A stretch of DNA of 55,009 bases from Candidatus Limnocylindrus sp. (GTDB lineage Bacteria > Chloroflexota > Limnocylindria > Limnocylindrales > Limnocylindraceae): NCBI GenBank assembly GCA_046081085.1, contig JBJTVF010000017.1, positions 1 through 55,009 of the forward strand, given 5' to 3'. The position numbers were made by a program, and so were the translations under genes. Below, piece after piece: positions 1-9,526 of the stretch. The notes under the pieces were generated by a model. That model was given only the letters and a program-made list of their open reading frames with translations, did not search any database and was not told the origin of the DNA. The number at the start of each line of letters is the position of its first letter. Position 1 is the stretch's first letter.

Positions 1-25
1 CGATGCGGGCGGCGACGAGATGAGC

Positions 26-385
26 CTAACTGAATCTGTTGACAAGTGCGTCGAGCAAGTAACCAATGCCCACAACCAAGAAGAGGATAATGTAAATCCT
101 CCAAAAGAGCTTGTACTGCCGACCCTCAAGCACCCTCCTCAACAGCGGCCAACCTTTGGCGCTCGAAATCGCGTTAAAAATCCCGATCGCCAAGGTTGGA
201 AGGATAAAATCTTGTATCCTGACAAGGTAGCCAATGATCGCGCCGACTGTAAACCCCGCGCAGAGACTCAGTGTGGTGCGAAGGACACCCCATTTGGGAG
301 AAGCCTTCGCTCGTAGGTACCACACCAAGTAAAGAAAAATACCCGCAAAGAACAACGTAATGCCGACACGGATCATCGTTTCCAT
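26..385 (-). CDS. Hypothetical small multi-pass membrane protein (about 4 TM segments)
   Basis: 119-aa ORF with hydrophobic segments, an AGGAGG SD upstream of the ATG and visibly lower GC than the rest of the window; no family recognised. Confidence 0.7.
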   Translation of the reverse strand: METMIRVGITLFFAGIFLYLVWYLRAKASPKWGVLRTTLSLCAGFTVGAIIGYLVRIQDFILPTLAIGIFNAISSAKGWPLLRRVLEGRQYKLFWRIYIILFLVVGIGYLLDALVNRFS

Positions 386-577
386 CTTCCCCTCCTATCC
401 CCTGACTCTGCGCGCATCCTAGCGTCTCTGGGACGCATGGGACGGCAGAGGTGCGGGATGGAACTCACTCCCAAAAGGGCTAAGTTGCGTCCTAGCGGAA
501 GGGTCGCGCTGCTTCGAATCGAAGCGAAGGTGGGGGCAGCGCGGGCGATTTCGTGCGGGAAACAGTCCAGAAGGTGA

Positions 578-654
578 TGGTCGGAGCGACAGGATTTGAA
601 CCTGCGACCTCTTGCACCCCATGCAAGCGCGCTACCAAGCTGCGCTACGCTCCG
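578..654 (-). tRNA. tRNA-Pro(GGG)
   Basis: Reverse complement CGGAGCGTAGCGCAGCTTGGTAGCGCGCTTGCATGGGGTGCAAGAGGTCGCAGGTTCAAATCCTGTCGCTCCGACCA folds as a cloverleaf with GGG anticodon, C1-G72 and encoded CCA. Confidence 0.97.
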
Positions 655-673
655 TTACTGTGCGCGAGACGCG

Positions 674-682
674 ATTCTAGCA
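674..682 (-). promoter_or_regulatory. Extended -10 promoter (TGCTAGAAT) for tRNA-Pro
   Basis: TGnTAGAAT about 20 nt upstream of the mature tRNA 5' end. Confidence 0.55.
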
Positions 683-699
683 GCCCCGATAAGTCCCGC

Positions 700-1698
700 T
701 TAGTGCCACTCCGCAGTTGGAGCACGTCCGAGCAGTCCCTCAGCAAGTCGCTCGATGCTCACGCCATGTTCAAGCGCAGCAACGACTGCGGCCGTAACTG
801 GCAGCTCGACGCCGAGCCGTGCCGCGAGTAGCAGAGCACCGTGCGCGGTCGGAATCCCCTCCACGGTGGCACCGATCGTCTCGACCGCAGCACTCACCGA
901 CACGCCGGTAGCCAGAAGCTCACCAAGCCGTGCGTTCCTCGAACCCGTATTGGACGCGGTGAGTACGAGATCACCAACTCCTGCGAGTCCGAACGCACTC
1001 TCGGCGCGTCCTCCACAGGCCTCCGCAAGACGTGCCATCTCTGCGACACCTCGGGAAAGAAGTGCTGCCGCGGCATTCTCGCCATACCCGAGTGAGCGGA
1101 CGCCGCTCACGGCGATCGCAAGCACATTCTTCAGCGCACCCGAAACCTCTACGCCAATTGGATCGTCACTCATGTAGAGCCTAAAGCTCTGTCGCGCCAA
1201 TGCAGCGAAGACGTCGTCATGCGATCCAACGCGGGTGGCCAGCACTGCAGCAGCTGGCTTACCTGCTGCGATCTCACGGGCGAGGTTTGGTCCTGAGAGG
1301 GTGAAGAGCGCTGACGGGCTCACACCTGCGGCAACCGCAAGCTCGGAGACGCGTTCGCCCTCCTGGCTGAGCCCCTTCGACGCCATCACCACGTTCGCAC
1401 TTCCAACCCTTACATGGGCAAGTGCCCCGCGAATGGCGTCAGACGGAATCGCGACAACGAGAAGATCCCCTGCGCTAAGTTCCGAAATCTCATCTTCAAC
1501 GGATCGAATCCGGATGCTCTCAGGCAGCGCGACTCCTGGGAGCCGACGCGAATTCATTCGAGCTGCGCTGATCACGGATGCCTCTGCGGCAGTGTGCGCG
1601 ATCAACTCAATCGTTGGAGCGTCCACTCCGGTGCGCGGATGCGCCCAGAGCGCCGCGAGGGCGGTTCCCCATGCTCCGGCACCAAGGATTCGAATCAT
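700..1698 (-). CDS. gpsA: NAD(P)H-dependent glycerol-3-phosphate dehydrogenase
   Basis: GAGAWGTALA Rossmann motif, SKG, LSGPNLA, GALKNV, GVGDLVLT, SRN; downstream of der. Confidence 0.95.
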   Translation of the reverse strand: MIRILGAGAWGTALAALWAHPRTGVDAPTIELIAHTAAEASVISAARMNSRRLPGVALPESIRIRSVEDEISELSAGDLLVVAIPSDAIRGALAHVRVGSANVVMASKGLSQEGERVSELAVAAGVSPSALFTLSGPNLAREIAAGKPAAAVLATRVGSHDDVFAALARQSFRLYMSDDPIGVEVSGALKNVLAIAVSGVRSLGYGENAAAALLSRGVAEMARLAEACGGRAESAFGLAGVGDLVLTASNTGSRNARLGELLATGVSVSAAVETIGATVEGIPTAHGALLLAARLGVELPVTAAVVAALEHGVSIERLAEGLLGRAPTAEWH

Positions 1699-3119
1699 CG
1701 ACTCCGACTCCCTGTCCGACCACCCGCACGTCCACGTTCACGACCCTCCTCCGCCGCTCGTTCTCGAACCACGATACGAATGGGGGTCCCCGTCAGCGGA
1801 TACTGGTCGCGGATCTGATTCTCAAGGAAGCGCTGCCAGCTGAAATGGACCTGCCCCGCATTTCGTGCGAAGAGGACGAAGGTAGGTGGCGGCGTCGCCG
1901 CTTGTGCCGCATACAGGATCTTCGGGCGCTTACTGCCGCTATGCGCAGGCTCTTGGCGCGCAACCGCCTCTGCCACGAGGCGGTTCAGTGCACCAGTGGG
2001 GATTCGCAGCCGTCTCGCATCAGCCGCAGCCATGGCCGCGTCCAGAACTTTCGTCGCGCGCAGGCCCGTCAGCGCGGAGATTGAGAGGATCGGTGCAAAA
2101 TCAAGGAAGGGGGCCTGGCGACGGAGCAGACCCATCGCCGTATCAAAGGTGAAGCCGTCCTTCTCAACAAGGTCCCACTTGTTCATCACAATGACGAGAC
2201 CCTTCCCCGCTTCAATAACAGAGCCTGCTACGTGAAGGTCTTGCGCCTGCAGGCCCGTTGACGCATCAATCAGAAGCAGTGCCACATCGGCGCGATCTAG
2301 CGCCGCAACAGAGCGAACGGTTGCATACTTTTCCGCAACGGGACCTGATGCAATCCTCCCCCGCTTCTTGATTCCCGCGGTGTCCACGAGCGTGATATAT
2401 CGACCAGCGTGATCAATGTGATCGTCAATGGCGTCTCTCGTCGTTCCTGGCACGTTGCTCACAACGGTCCGCTCTTCACCGAGAAGCTGATTCAGCAGGC
2501 TCGACTTCCCAACGTTCGGGCGCCCCACAATGGCGATCGTCACCTCTCCGTCTCGAGCGGGAAGGCCAATCTCGGGTGGCAAGTTGCGCAACCGATCTAC
2601 GAGCACGTCAAGCAAATCGCCGGAGCCAATCCCATGTTGTGCACTTACCGGATAGATCGCGTCAAAGCCTAGTACCGCAAACTCGTGCGCTGCGCGCTCT
2701 CGTTCGATGTTGTCGGACTTGTTCGCCGCCAGGAGAATCGGCTTGCCGCTCTTGCGCAGCAGCTGCGCCACCTCTGCATCACCAGGGTTTGGTCCTGTCG
2801 CCGCATCCACCACCAAGATGATGAGGTCAGCGCTGGTCACAGCGATTCGCGCCTGGTCCTGAACGGCTACGTCAATGACATCGCCTTGCGCGGGTTGCAT
2901 CCCTCCAGTGTCTACCAGGCGAAACCTGAATCCGTTCCACTCGGCAATTGAGATCAGTCTATCCCGCGTCGTTCCGGCACGATCTTCAACAACCGCTCGT
3001 CGCTCGCCAACAACACGATTGAAGAGTGTGCTCTTTCCGACGTTCGGCCGCCCAACGAGTGCAACGAGCGGCAGGCGCTCTTGGCCCGTATCCTCGTCCG
3101 CAATCTGCCGAAGGTTCAT
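1695..3119 (-). CDS. der: Ribosome biogenesis GTPase Der (EngA)
   Basis: Two GRPNVGKS G1 motifs, two DTxG and NKxD motifs, KH-like C-terminus. Confidence 0.98.
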   Translation of the reverse strand: MNLRQIADEDTGQERLPLVALVGRPNVGKSTLFNRVVGERRAVVEDRAGTTRDRLISIAEWNGFRFRLVDTGGMQPAQGDVIDVAVQDQARIAVTSADLIILVVDAATGPNPGDAEVAQLLRKSGKPILLAANKSDNIERERAAHEFAVLGFDAIYPVSAQHGIGSGDLLDVLVDRLRNLPPEIGLPARDGEVTIAIVGRPNVGKSSLLNQLLGEERTVVSNVPGTTRDAIDDHIDHAGRYITLVDTAGIKKRGRIASGPVAEKYATVRSVAALDRADVALLLIDASTGLQAQDLHVAGSVIEAGKGLVIVMNKWDLVEKDGFTFDTAMGLLRRQAPFLDFAPILSISALTGLRATKVLDAAMAAADARRLRIPTGALNRLVAEAVARQEPAHSGSKRPKILYAAQAATPPPTFVLFARNAGQVHFSWQRFLENQIRDQYPLTGTPIRIVVRERAAEEGRERGRAGGRTGSRSR

Positions 3120-4072
3120 CGACCGCTCGGTTCGGCGATGGAAGTGGTTCGGTACTGCGGTGTCGCTGCGGAGGCGAGCGCCTCCCGCGCGATCTCCCCC
3201 GCTCTCTCCTTTATCTTCTCGGTACCTGCGAGCTCGGCAATCCGCGCAGCTACCCGTTCAAGATCTTCGATCGGCGTGCTAGTTCCGCCGGTTACTCCAA
3301 CTCGGATTGCGCCTGCGAATGGTTCAGGGTCACGTAGATCAGCGGCAGATTCGATCTGCAGCGCTCGCGTGCCGCTGATTTCACAGAGGCGGGTGAGCTC
3401 TTTCGTGTTCGCGCTCTTGCTTCCGCCCACAACCACCATCATGTCAACGGATCGCGCCGCCTCCAACGTGTCCTCCTGGCGACGAATCGTCACAGGGCAT
3501 ACGGTGTTCAGCACCTTCAGTTCATGACAGCGAGAGACGAGAAAGGCGGCGAGCCGCTCAAATTTCCAGGGCGGTTGCGTTGATTGGGTGATCAGTGCCA
3601 TGCGCTTCCTCCGTGGAATCCTCGCCCAGTCCTCCTCCTCGTCAACCAGGATCGCGTTGGGGGCGAATCCAAGGAGGCCAACGACCTCCGGGTGGTGTGG
3701 TGTTCCAAGAAGCACGATCTCATAGCCCTCTTCCACGAGTTTGGCGAGTTCGCGGTGCTCTTGGACTACCCATGTACAGGTGCCATCAATCACCTCAAGT
3801 CCACGATCATTTGCGCGCTGTAGAACCTCTGGAGTCACCCCGTGCGCGCGAATGACGATTGCCGCGCCTTCTGTCACCTGGTCGAGGGTCTCCACGCTCT
3901 CAATGCCACGGGCATGAAGATCGGCAATCAGCCCCTCGTTGTGCACGACGTGGCCGAGCGTGTGGGTGGCCTTCCCTTCGGCACGCGCAACCTTTGCCTT
4001 GTCGATCGCCTCACGCACGCCGTAGCAGACCCCCGTGCGCTTCGCGATGCTGATCCTCTCAACACTTCCCAT
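3116..4072 (-). CDS. ispH: 4-hydroxy-3-methylbut-2-enyl diphosphate reductase
   Basis: GVCYGV, HN, IRAHG, DGTC, HPEV, TVC and VGGxxSAN motifs; three Fe-S cysteines. Confidence 0.95.
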   Translation of the reverse strand: MGSVERISIAKRTGVCYGVREAIDKAKVARAEGKATHTLGHVVHNEGLIADLHARGIESVETLDQVTEGAAIVIRAHGVTPEVLQRANDRGLEVIDGTCTWVVQEHRELAKLVEEGYEIVLLGTPHHPEVVGLLGFAPNAILVDEEEDWARIPRRKRMALITQSTQPPWKFERLAAFLVSRCHELKVLNTVCPVTIRRQEDTLEAARSVDMMVVVGGSKSANTKELTRLCEISGTRALQIESAADLRDPEPFAGAIRVGVTGGTSTPIEDLERVAARIAELAGTEKIKERAGEIAREALASAATPQYRTTSIAEPSGR

Positions 4073-4152
4073 GTGAGCGATTATCTCCTACTCCCCCCAT
4101 CCGAGCGAACCTGCCACGGGAGACTCTCCCACCCTCGCCGTGCGCCACTCCT

Positions 4153-4803
4153 CTATGGGCGGTACTCGTGCGGGAGTAGGCCTATGACGGCGGCTCGCAT
4201 CTGCTCGGCCACATGCGAGAGGGCGGGACGCGCTCCCTCTGAATTCATGAATCTGCGCGGCTCGCCAATCACCATTTGGATCCTTGCCGCCCGTCGAGGC
4301 AACAGTGCGCCGCGAGGCCAAAGTTGCTCGGTACCGCTCACTGCAACAGGGATCACGAGGGCTCCACTGCGCAACGCGAGAAGCGCCGCGCCGTCGCGGA
4401 ATGTACCAATCTTCCCATCACGGGAACGCGTCCCCTCGGGGTAGATCCCTAACACGTTCCCATCTCGGAGCACCCTTTCAGCCAAACGAAATGCCTCAAG
4501 ATCTGCCGCCCCCCGCCGCACTCCGAAAACGCCATTGACTCGCAGGAAGGTGCCGACCAGAGGCCAGCGCATCGCCTCAGCCTTTCCCATCCAATTGATT
4601 GCCCGCCCGGCCTCAGGCGTTAGCCAGCATGCGAGGAAGATCGGGTCAAGCCAAGAGATGTGATTCCCAACCAGGATGACCGGCCCCGATTTTGGGATCT
4701 GATCCATCCCCTCGACGACAATCTCGCGTGCGAGGCGGCGTATGGCCCAGCCTCCGAACGCGTCGGAGAGGCGCATGCCGAGCGGTGGACGATCAAGTGA
4801 CAT
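4153..4803 (-). CDS. plsC: 1-acyl-sn-glycerol-3-phosphate acyltransferase (lysophospholipid acyltransferase)
   Basis: NHISWLD (HX4D) and YPEGTRS motifs; start moved to ATG 4803, which overlaps the cmk stop. Confidence 0.9.
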   Translation of the reverse strand: MSLDRPPLGMRLSDAFGGWAIRRLAREIVVEGMDQIPKSGPVILVGNHISWLDPIFLACWLTPEAGRAINWMGKAEAMRWPLVGTFLRVNGVFGVRRGAADLEAFRLAERVLRDGNVLGIYPEGTRSRDGKIGTFRDGAALLALRSGALVIPVAVSGTEQLWPRGALLPRRAARIQMVIGEPRRFMNSEGARPALSHVAEQMRAAVIGLLPHEYRP

Positions 4804-5503
4804 GTGACGAAGAACGCACCCTCTGAACAATCTGAGCAACAACGTCGTCAAGCGTAAGGGAATCCGTCGCAATCAGAAGTGCATCATCAGCGGCGCGGAG
4901 TGGTGCCACTAATCGGCCGCGATCTTCCCGGTCCCGCGCGATCAGGTTACGCAGTGCCTCCTGATGTTCATCAGACCCCTCGACAAAGCCACGTTGGATC
5001 GCCCGACGCAACGCGCGCGTCTCAGCGGACGCGTCAAGGAAGAACTTGTGTGGAGCCTCCGGATAGACGACCGTCCCGATGTCACGGCCGGCGAGCACCA
5101 CCCCTCCACGCATGGCGGTCTGGCGCTGTACGGTGCGGAGCGCTGCCCGAACCTCTGGGATGGCTGCAATCGCAGCAACGGCGCGCTCCACGTCGCCACC
5201 CTCAAGCTCTGACGCTTCAAAGCGCCTGCCATCCACCACAATCGTCGCACTACCGCTCTCAAGATCGACTTCCGCGAGGTTCGCGAGTTGAACGAGTTTC
5301 TCGGCGTCGCGAGAGTTAGTGGTTACTGCGCCCTCAACCAGCGCGCCCGCAGGACCAGATACGCCACTATCAAGTGCCGCCCTTGTGACCGCCCGATACA
5401 GCAATCCAGTATCCAAGAAGCCGTACCCGAAGGATGCAGCGACTCTGATTCCGACGCTGCTCTTCCCGCTCGACGCTGGCCCGTCAATGGCAATCTGCGT
5501 CAC
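4793..5503 (-). CDS. cmk: Cytidylate kinase
   Basis: IAIDGPASSGKS, LDTGLLYR, GRDIGTVV, RDxxD motifs. Confidence 0.96.
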   Translation of the reverse strand: MTQIAIDGPASSGKSSVGIRVAASFGYGFLDTGLLYRAVTRAALDSGVSGPAGALVEGAVTTNSRDAEKLVQLANLAEVDLESGSATIVVDGRRFEASELEGGDVERAVAAIAAIPEVRAALRTVQRQTAMRGGVVLAGRDIGTVVYPEAPHKFFLDASAETRALRRAIQRGFVEGSDEHQEALRNLIARDREDRGRLVAPLRAADDALLIATDSLTLDDVVAQIVQRVRSSSHVT

Positions 5504-6333
5504 AAGTTGACCGCCGCACGGGCTGTTGAAGCAAGCAGAACGTTGCCGAGCTCGGCGCGCTCTTCCATCTCAAGCGGACGGGCCTCACCAACACGGATGT
5601 TTGCAAGATGAACGGGCCCGAAGGAGATTCGAATCAAGCGACGCACGGGACGGGCAATCGCGCCGTAAAGCCTACGCACCTCATGATGGCGCCCCTCTCC
5701 GAGTGAGATGTAACTCCATTGTGCTGGGTCCGACCCATCGTCCAGCACATCCTCTGGGAGTCGATCGTCCGGTCGCATCTCCCGAGCGTCGAGCGCGCGC
5801 GCCCAACCGTCGGTAAGTCGAATTCCTGCGCGTAACCGCGTATGCTCCGCGTGTCCGAGCGGAAGGTCGCACATCACTGCGTATCCACGCCTTAAACCGG
5901 CACGCGGGTGTGCGATCGGGGAGACGAGGCGGCGCTCAGGAGTGAGGAGCAGTAGTCCTTCGCTCTCCCGATCGAGTCGACCGATTGAGAGCATGCGCGC
6001 AGCGCGCGACTCGCCGAAGAACGAGGTAAGTGCCTGGGGCAGGGTGATCGCCGCATGTGGGTCAGCGTGCGTAGTGGTGACCCCCCACGGCTTATGCCAT
6101 GCGAACATCTCCGCGCCACCAAGCGGATCGCGCGTGTCAGCTGGCGAGCCACTGCGCGCAACCAGAGCCTGCCCGTCGAGTTCGAGGAGCGAACTCGGCT
6201 CCATTCGCTCGCCAAGGAGGACAGTTCGGCCAGCACTCGTAACTCGCGCCGCCGCAATCGCTGCATCAGCGCCACGACGAGAGAGGCCCGAGCGCTCAGC
6301 GACGAGCACATTGACGCGGATCAGATCAGTCAG
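5500..6333 (-). CDS. rluB: 23S rRNA pseudouridine synthase, RluB/RsuA family
   Basis: S4 domain (SRRGAD), KPxG, GRLDRESEGLLLL, EGRHHEVRR; follows scpB. Start is uncertain: CTG 6333 with an SD, or ATG 6402 inside scpB. Confidence 0.85.
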   Translation of the reverse strand: MTDLIRVNVLVAERSGLSRRGADAAIAAARVTSAGRTVLLGERMEPSSLLELDGQALVARSGSPADTRDPLGGAEMFAWHKPWGVTTTHADPHAAITLPQALTSFFGESRAARMLSIGRLDRESEGLLLLTPERRLVSPIAHPRAGLRRGYAVMCDLPLGHAEHTRLRAGIRLTDGWARALDAREMRPDDRLPEDVLDDGSDPAQWSYISLGEGRHHEVRRLYGAIARPVRRLIRISFGPVHLANIRVGEARPLEMEERAELGNVLLASTARAAVNL

Positions 6334-6976
6334 CGAGGGCTCCTTCGCCAGACGGCGTGGTCGGACCTTCGTCTGGCGAGCTTCCGGCGATTGAATGCTC
6401 ATCGCTGGCGAGCGGCAGGCTCAAGATCGACGCCGCGTCACCCTCCAGTGGAGGAAGATCGCTCAACGATGAGAGTCCAAACTTCCGGAGGAACTCCATT
6501 GTTGTGGCATATCGATGCGGGCGCCCAGCGGTCTCGAGACGATCGACCTCTTCAATGAGTCCGCGCTCCAGGAGGACGCGAAGTGCATAGTCTGCATCAA
6601 CACCGCGAATCTCTTCAATGCCCGCTTTGGTCACCGGCTGACGGTACGCAACCACGGTGAGGGTCTCCAGGGGAGCCGCGGTCATATCGGAACCACCAGT
6701 CCCAATCCACGCCAGGACGGCGCGAGCCTGCTCAGGGCCACTCGTCAGCTGAAGTTCGTCCCCGTGAGTGAGCAGCGTGATCCCGCGCCCCGCGAGAGTT
6801 GACTGAAGCTCTTTCACCAGGCGATCAAGTGCGGCGCGTTCAACCTCAAGAAGCTTCGCCGCCTCTTTCCGCGTCAACGGACGATCAACGACAAAGAGCA
6901 GCGCCTCAAGGTCAGCCGCTGTTGCCGCACGGGTCCGCTCTGGTAGGGATACCCCCGCTCGTCTCTCGGTACTCAT
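6326..6976 (-). CDS. scpB: SMC-Scp complex subunit ScpB
   Basis: LEALLF, LETLxVVAYRQPVT, IRGV, GRP and FLRKFGL motifs. Confidence 0.95.
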   Translation of the reverse strand: MSTERRAGVSLPERTRAATAADLEALLFVVDRPLTRKEAAKLLEVERAALDRLVKELQSTLAGRGITLLTHGDELQLTSGPEQARAVLAWIGTGGSDMTAAPLETLTVVAYRQPVTKAGIEEIRGVDADYALRVLLERGLIEEVDRLETAGRPHRYATTMEFLRKFGLSSLSDLPPLEGDAASILSLPLASDEHSIAGSSPDEGPTTPSGEGALAD

Positions 6977-6985
6977 TCTCCCCCC

Positions 6986-7855
6986 TTACACATGTACGCG
7001 CTCCGGTGCACTCTCGGTGATGATGATCGGACCCCAGAGGGCATCCTGCACGACTTGAACCTCGCGGAGCTTTGCCAACTCCAGGAGGGCCAGGAACGTC
7101 ACCGCAATGAACGAGCGATCGCGGCGATCTCCAAGGAGTGTCTCAAGGTCCACACCGCTCATCCCACTCTGTTGCACCGCCTCGCGAATGGCCGAGAGTC
7201 GATCGCCAATTGAAACCTTCAGGCCAACAGGCGCAAGCGCGAGATCGGCAAGTGGACGTCGACGAAGTGCGATGCGAGTGGCAGCGCGAACGAGTCGCTT
7301 CGGGTCAGAGATGACGGGGGTCAACGGCTCCAGGTGCACTGGCTTCGGCTGTGGGAGGAGGCGGGTTGGCTGCTCCCGTTGCCAGAGCGACGACTGAAGT
7401 CTCTCACCGAGCAGTCGAGCCGCGTCGCGGAAGACTCGGTAGCGAAGGAGCCGCGCGCGCAGATCAACCGCCTCATCGACATCGTCAAGGTCGTGAGCCT
7501 CAAGCCCCTGATGAACGATCGGCCGTGGGAGAAGTGCGCGACTCTTGAGTACGATGAGCTGTGCGGCAACTGACACGAATGCCGAGAGCGTTTCCAAGCG
7601 ATCGTCAGGGATCTCCGCGAAGAAGCGTAGGAATTCATCGGCAAACGGTGCGAGTGGGACGCGGCAGACATCAAGCTCGTCGCGTTCGATGAGTGCAAGA
7701 AGGAGCCCGTAAGGTCCGCTGAACTCTCCGAGCGCAACATAGGAGCGAGAGCGACCGAAGAGACCCCCCTGCTCGCGCCGGAAGACGACGCCCTCAATGT
7801 CAACAGCGGCAGGGTCCGGAAGTTCAAACCCCTCTGCCAGTACCGATCGACTCAT
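6986..7855 (-). CDS. scpA: Segregation and condensation protein A (kleisin)
   Basis: FSGPxxLLLxLI, LKSRALLP and TFLALLEL motifs; adjacent to scpB. Confidence 0.93.
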   Translation of the reverse strand: MSRSVLAEGFELPDPAAVDIEGVVFRREQGGLFGRSRSYVALGEFSGPYGLLLALIERDELDVCRVPLAPFADEFLRFFAEIPDDRLETLSAFVSVAAQLIVLKSRALLPRPIVHQGLEAHDLDDVDEAVDLRARLLRYRVFRDAARLLGERLQSSLWQREQPTRLLPQPKPVHLEPLTPVISDPKRLVRAATRIALRRRPLADLALAPVGLKVSIGDRLSAIREAVQQSGMSGVDLETLLGDRRDRSFIAVTFLALLELAKLREVQVVQDALWGPIIITESAPERVHV

Positions 7856-7925
7856 CTCACGCCCCTCCCTGACTCACGCGCAAGGATACGCCGCTCGCGC
7901 CGCTCGCGGGGCGCCGCTACATCTC

Positions 7926-8567
7926 TCATCCCGGTCCGAGCAACAACTTCGTCAATTCAAAGCTCAGGTCACCGAGGAGTGAGCCGAGCGGGGTGAAGAA
8001 GAGCAGGACGATCACCAGAGGGAAGGCAAGCCGTGAAGAGGTCAGACCTTCAACGACCTCGGCCAGGCGGGGTGAGACGAGCAGAAGAATCCCCGTAAGA
8101 AGCGCTCGACCATCAAACGGTGGGATGGGGAGGAGATTGAGGAAGAGCAGGCTCGCGTTGAAGTACGTGAAGTAGACGATCAGCACTCCGATGGTGTCTG
8201 AGGCTAGAGGACTTCCGATCAGCCGATACAGTGCTGCCGCGATGAACGCGAGAAGGAGGTTACCCAGCGGGCCCGCGACGGCCACGATCGCCCAGCCAAG
8301 ACTCCCGCCGCGCAGGCTCTGCGCCATCACCGGTGTCGGCTTCGCCCAACCGATCATTCCTCCACCAGAGAGTGCCGACAGGAGAAGAAGGCCTGCCCCG
8401 AACGGGTCAATGTGGCGCCGCGGGTCCAGGGAGACGCGTCCGAGTGCCCGAGCATGTCCATCTCCAAGTTTCCATGCCGCAGTAGCGTGTGCCGCCTCGT
8501 GGACTGGAAAGCTGATCAGGAGCAAGAGGAGCGCAGCGGCGAGTGGAGCGAACGTCTCTGCACCCAT
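7926..8567 (-). CDS. Site-2 protease family (M50) intramembrane zinc metalloprotease
   Basis: HEAAH, GWAKP, AGPLGN, NLLPIPPFDG motifs. Confidence 0.93.
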   Translation of the reverse strand: MGAETFAPLAAALLLLLISFPVHEAAHATAAWKLGDGHARALGRVSLDPRRHIDPFGAGLLLLSALSGGGMIGWAKPTPVMAQSLRGGSLGWAIVAVAGPLGNLLLAFIAAALYRLIGSPLASDTIGVLIVYFTYFNASLLFLNLLPIPPFDGRALLTGILLLVSPRLAEVVEGLTSSRLAFPLVIVLLFFTPLGSLLGDLSFELTKLLLGPG

Positions 8568-8584
8568 CGCTCAATGGTAGCCGC

Positions 8585-9526
8585 TTACGCTCGGGGGTGC
8601 GCCCGTTTGTACGCATCGCGCACATGGCTCCCAAGCAGGTGCGTGTACAGCTGCGTGGTGGAGATGTCCGCGTGGCCGAGCAACTCCTGCACCACACGCA
8701 GATCCGCACCGCCATCAAGGAGGTGTGTCGCGAATGAGTGCCGGAGCGTATGTGGATGGATCTCGGTGCCGAGTCCCGCGCGGTTTGCCGCGTCGCGAAT
8801 CACACTCCACGCCGACTCGCGTCGCAGACGCGCGCCGCCATGCGCGAGGAATAGTGCGTTCGACTCCACCGCAGCGCGGCTGCGCCTCGCGCTCGCCTGC
8901 GCATGGATCGCGCGGCCACTGTCGCGGTAAGCCCTAATCGCATCAACTGCCGGCTCGCCGATCGGTACCAGACGCTCACGCCGACCCTTTCCAAAGAGAC
9001 GGACGCTCCCCTCCTCAAGATCCACCCCGTCTAGATCCAGCGCGACAATCTCGCTCACGCGCCCCCCTGATCCATAGAGTGTCTCTCCAAGCGCGTGTGC
9101 ACGCTGGGCATCAGCACGTGCGAGATCACCGTCGCCGAGCGCGGTCGCAAGTGCACGGAGCAACCGCTCCACATCGTCAAGGCGAAGCACCGCGGGGAGA
9201 TTCCTACGGGTACGCGGCAGATCAATCTCTGCGCTGATTGATCGCGTCAACTCCCCTTCGCCCTCCGCGAATCGATAGAGCACGCGAAGGGCCGCGGCGC
9301 GACGGCGAGTGGTTGAAACCGCCACGTTCGCCCCAGCGAGCCACGCTTGGGCCGCCTTCGCGTCGCTGCGCCACGCATCACCTGTTCCGAGTGACGCTGC
9401 AAAGGACCGGTAATCGCCACGGTATGCTTCCAGCGTCCGCGGGGAGAGATTTCGCTCAACGCTCAAGTAAACGAGACACGACTCAATGATGCGCTCAAGT
9501 GAGCGCGCGGCGAGTCCCCCGTTCAT
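8585..9526 (-). CDS. xerD: Tyrosine recombinase XerD
   Basis: ERNLSxxTxxAY, GxRVSE, GKGxRERLVP, HPHTLRHSFATHLL, LGHADISTTQLY. Confidence 0.88.
   Translation of the reverse strand: MNGGLAARSLERIIESCLVYLSVERNLSPRTLEAYRGDYRSFAASLGTGDAWRSDAKAAQAWLAGANVAVSTTRRRAAALRVLYRFAEGEGELTRSISAEIDLPRTRRNLPAVLRLDDVERLLRALATALGDGDLARADAQRAHALGETLYGSGGRVSEIVALDLDGVDLEEGSVRLFGKGRRERLVPIGEPAVDAIRAYRDSGRAIHAQASARRSRAAVESNALFLAHGGARLRRESAWSVIRDAANRAGLGTEIHPHTLRHSFATHLLDGGADLRVVQELLGHADISTTQLYTHLLGSHVRDAYKRAHPRA

Noticed and set aside
683-710. CCGATAA...TTAGTG as a possible dif site
   Set aside because: The spacer is 7 nt rather than 6, the right arm does not match TTATGT(T/C)AA, and it overlaps the gpsA stop codon
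7889-7906. Tandem 9-mer CGCCGCTCG x2 upstream of scpA
   Set aside because: Only two GC-rich copies; plausible by chance or slippage, with no array structure
8585-9526. The two tyrosine recombinases (also 38363-39322) as possible phage or island integrases
   Set aside because: Both have XerC/XerD length and motifs, sit in housekeeping synteny, and show no att repeats or cargo genes
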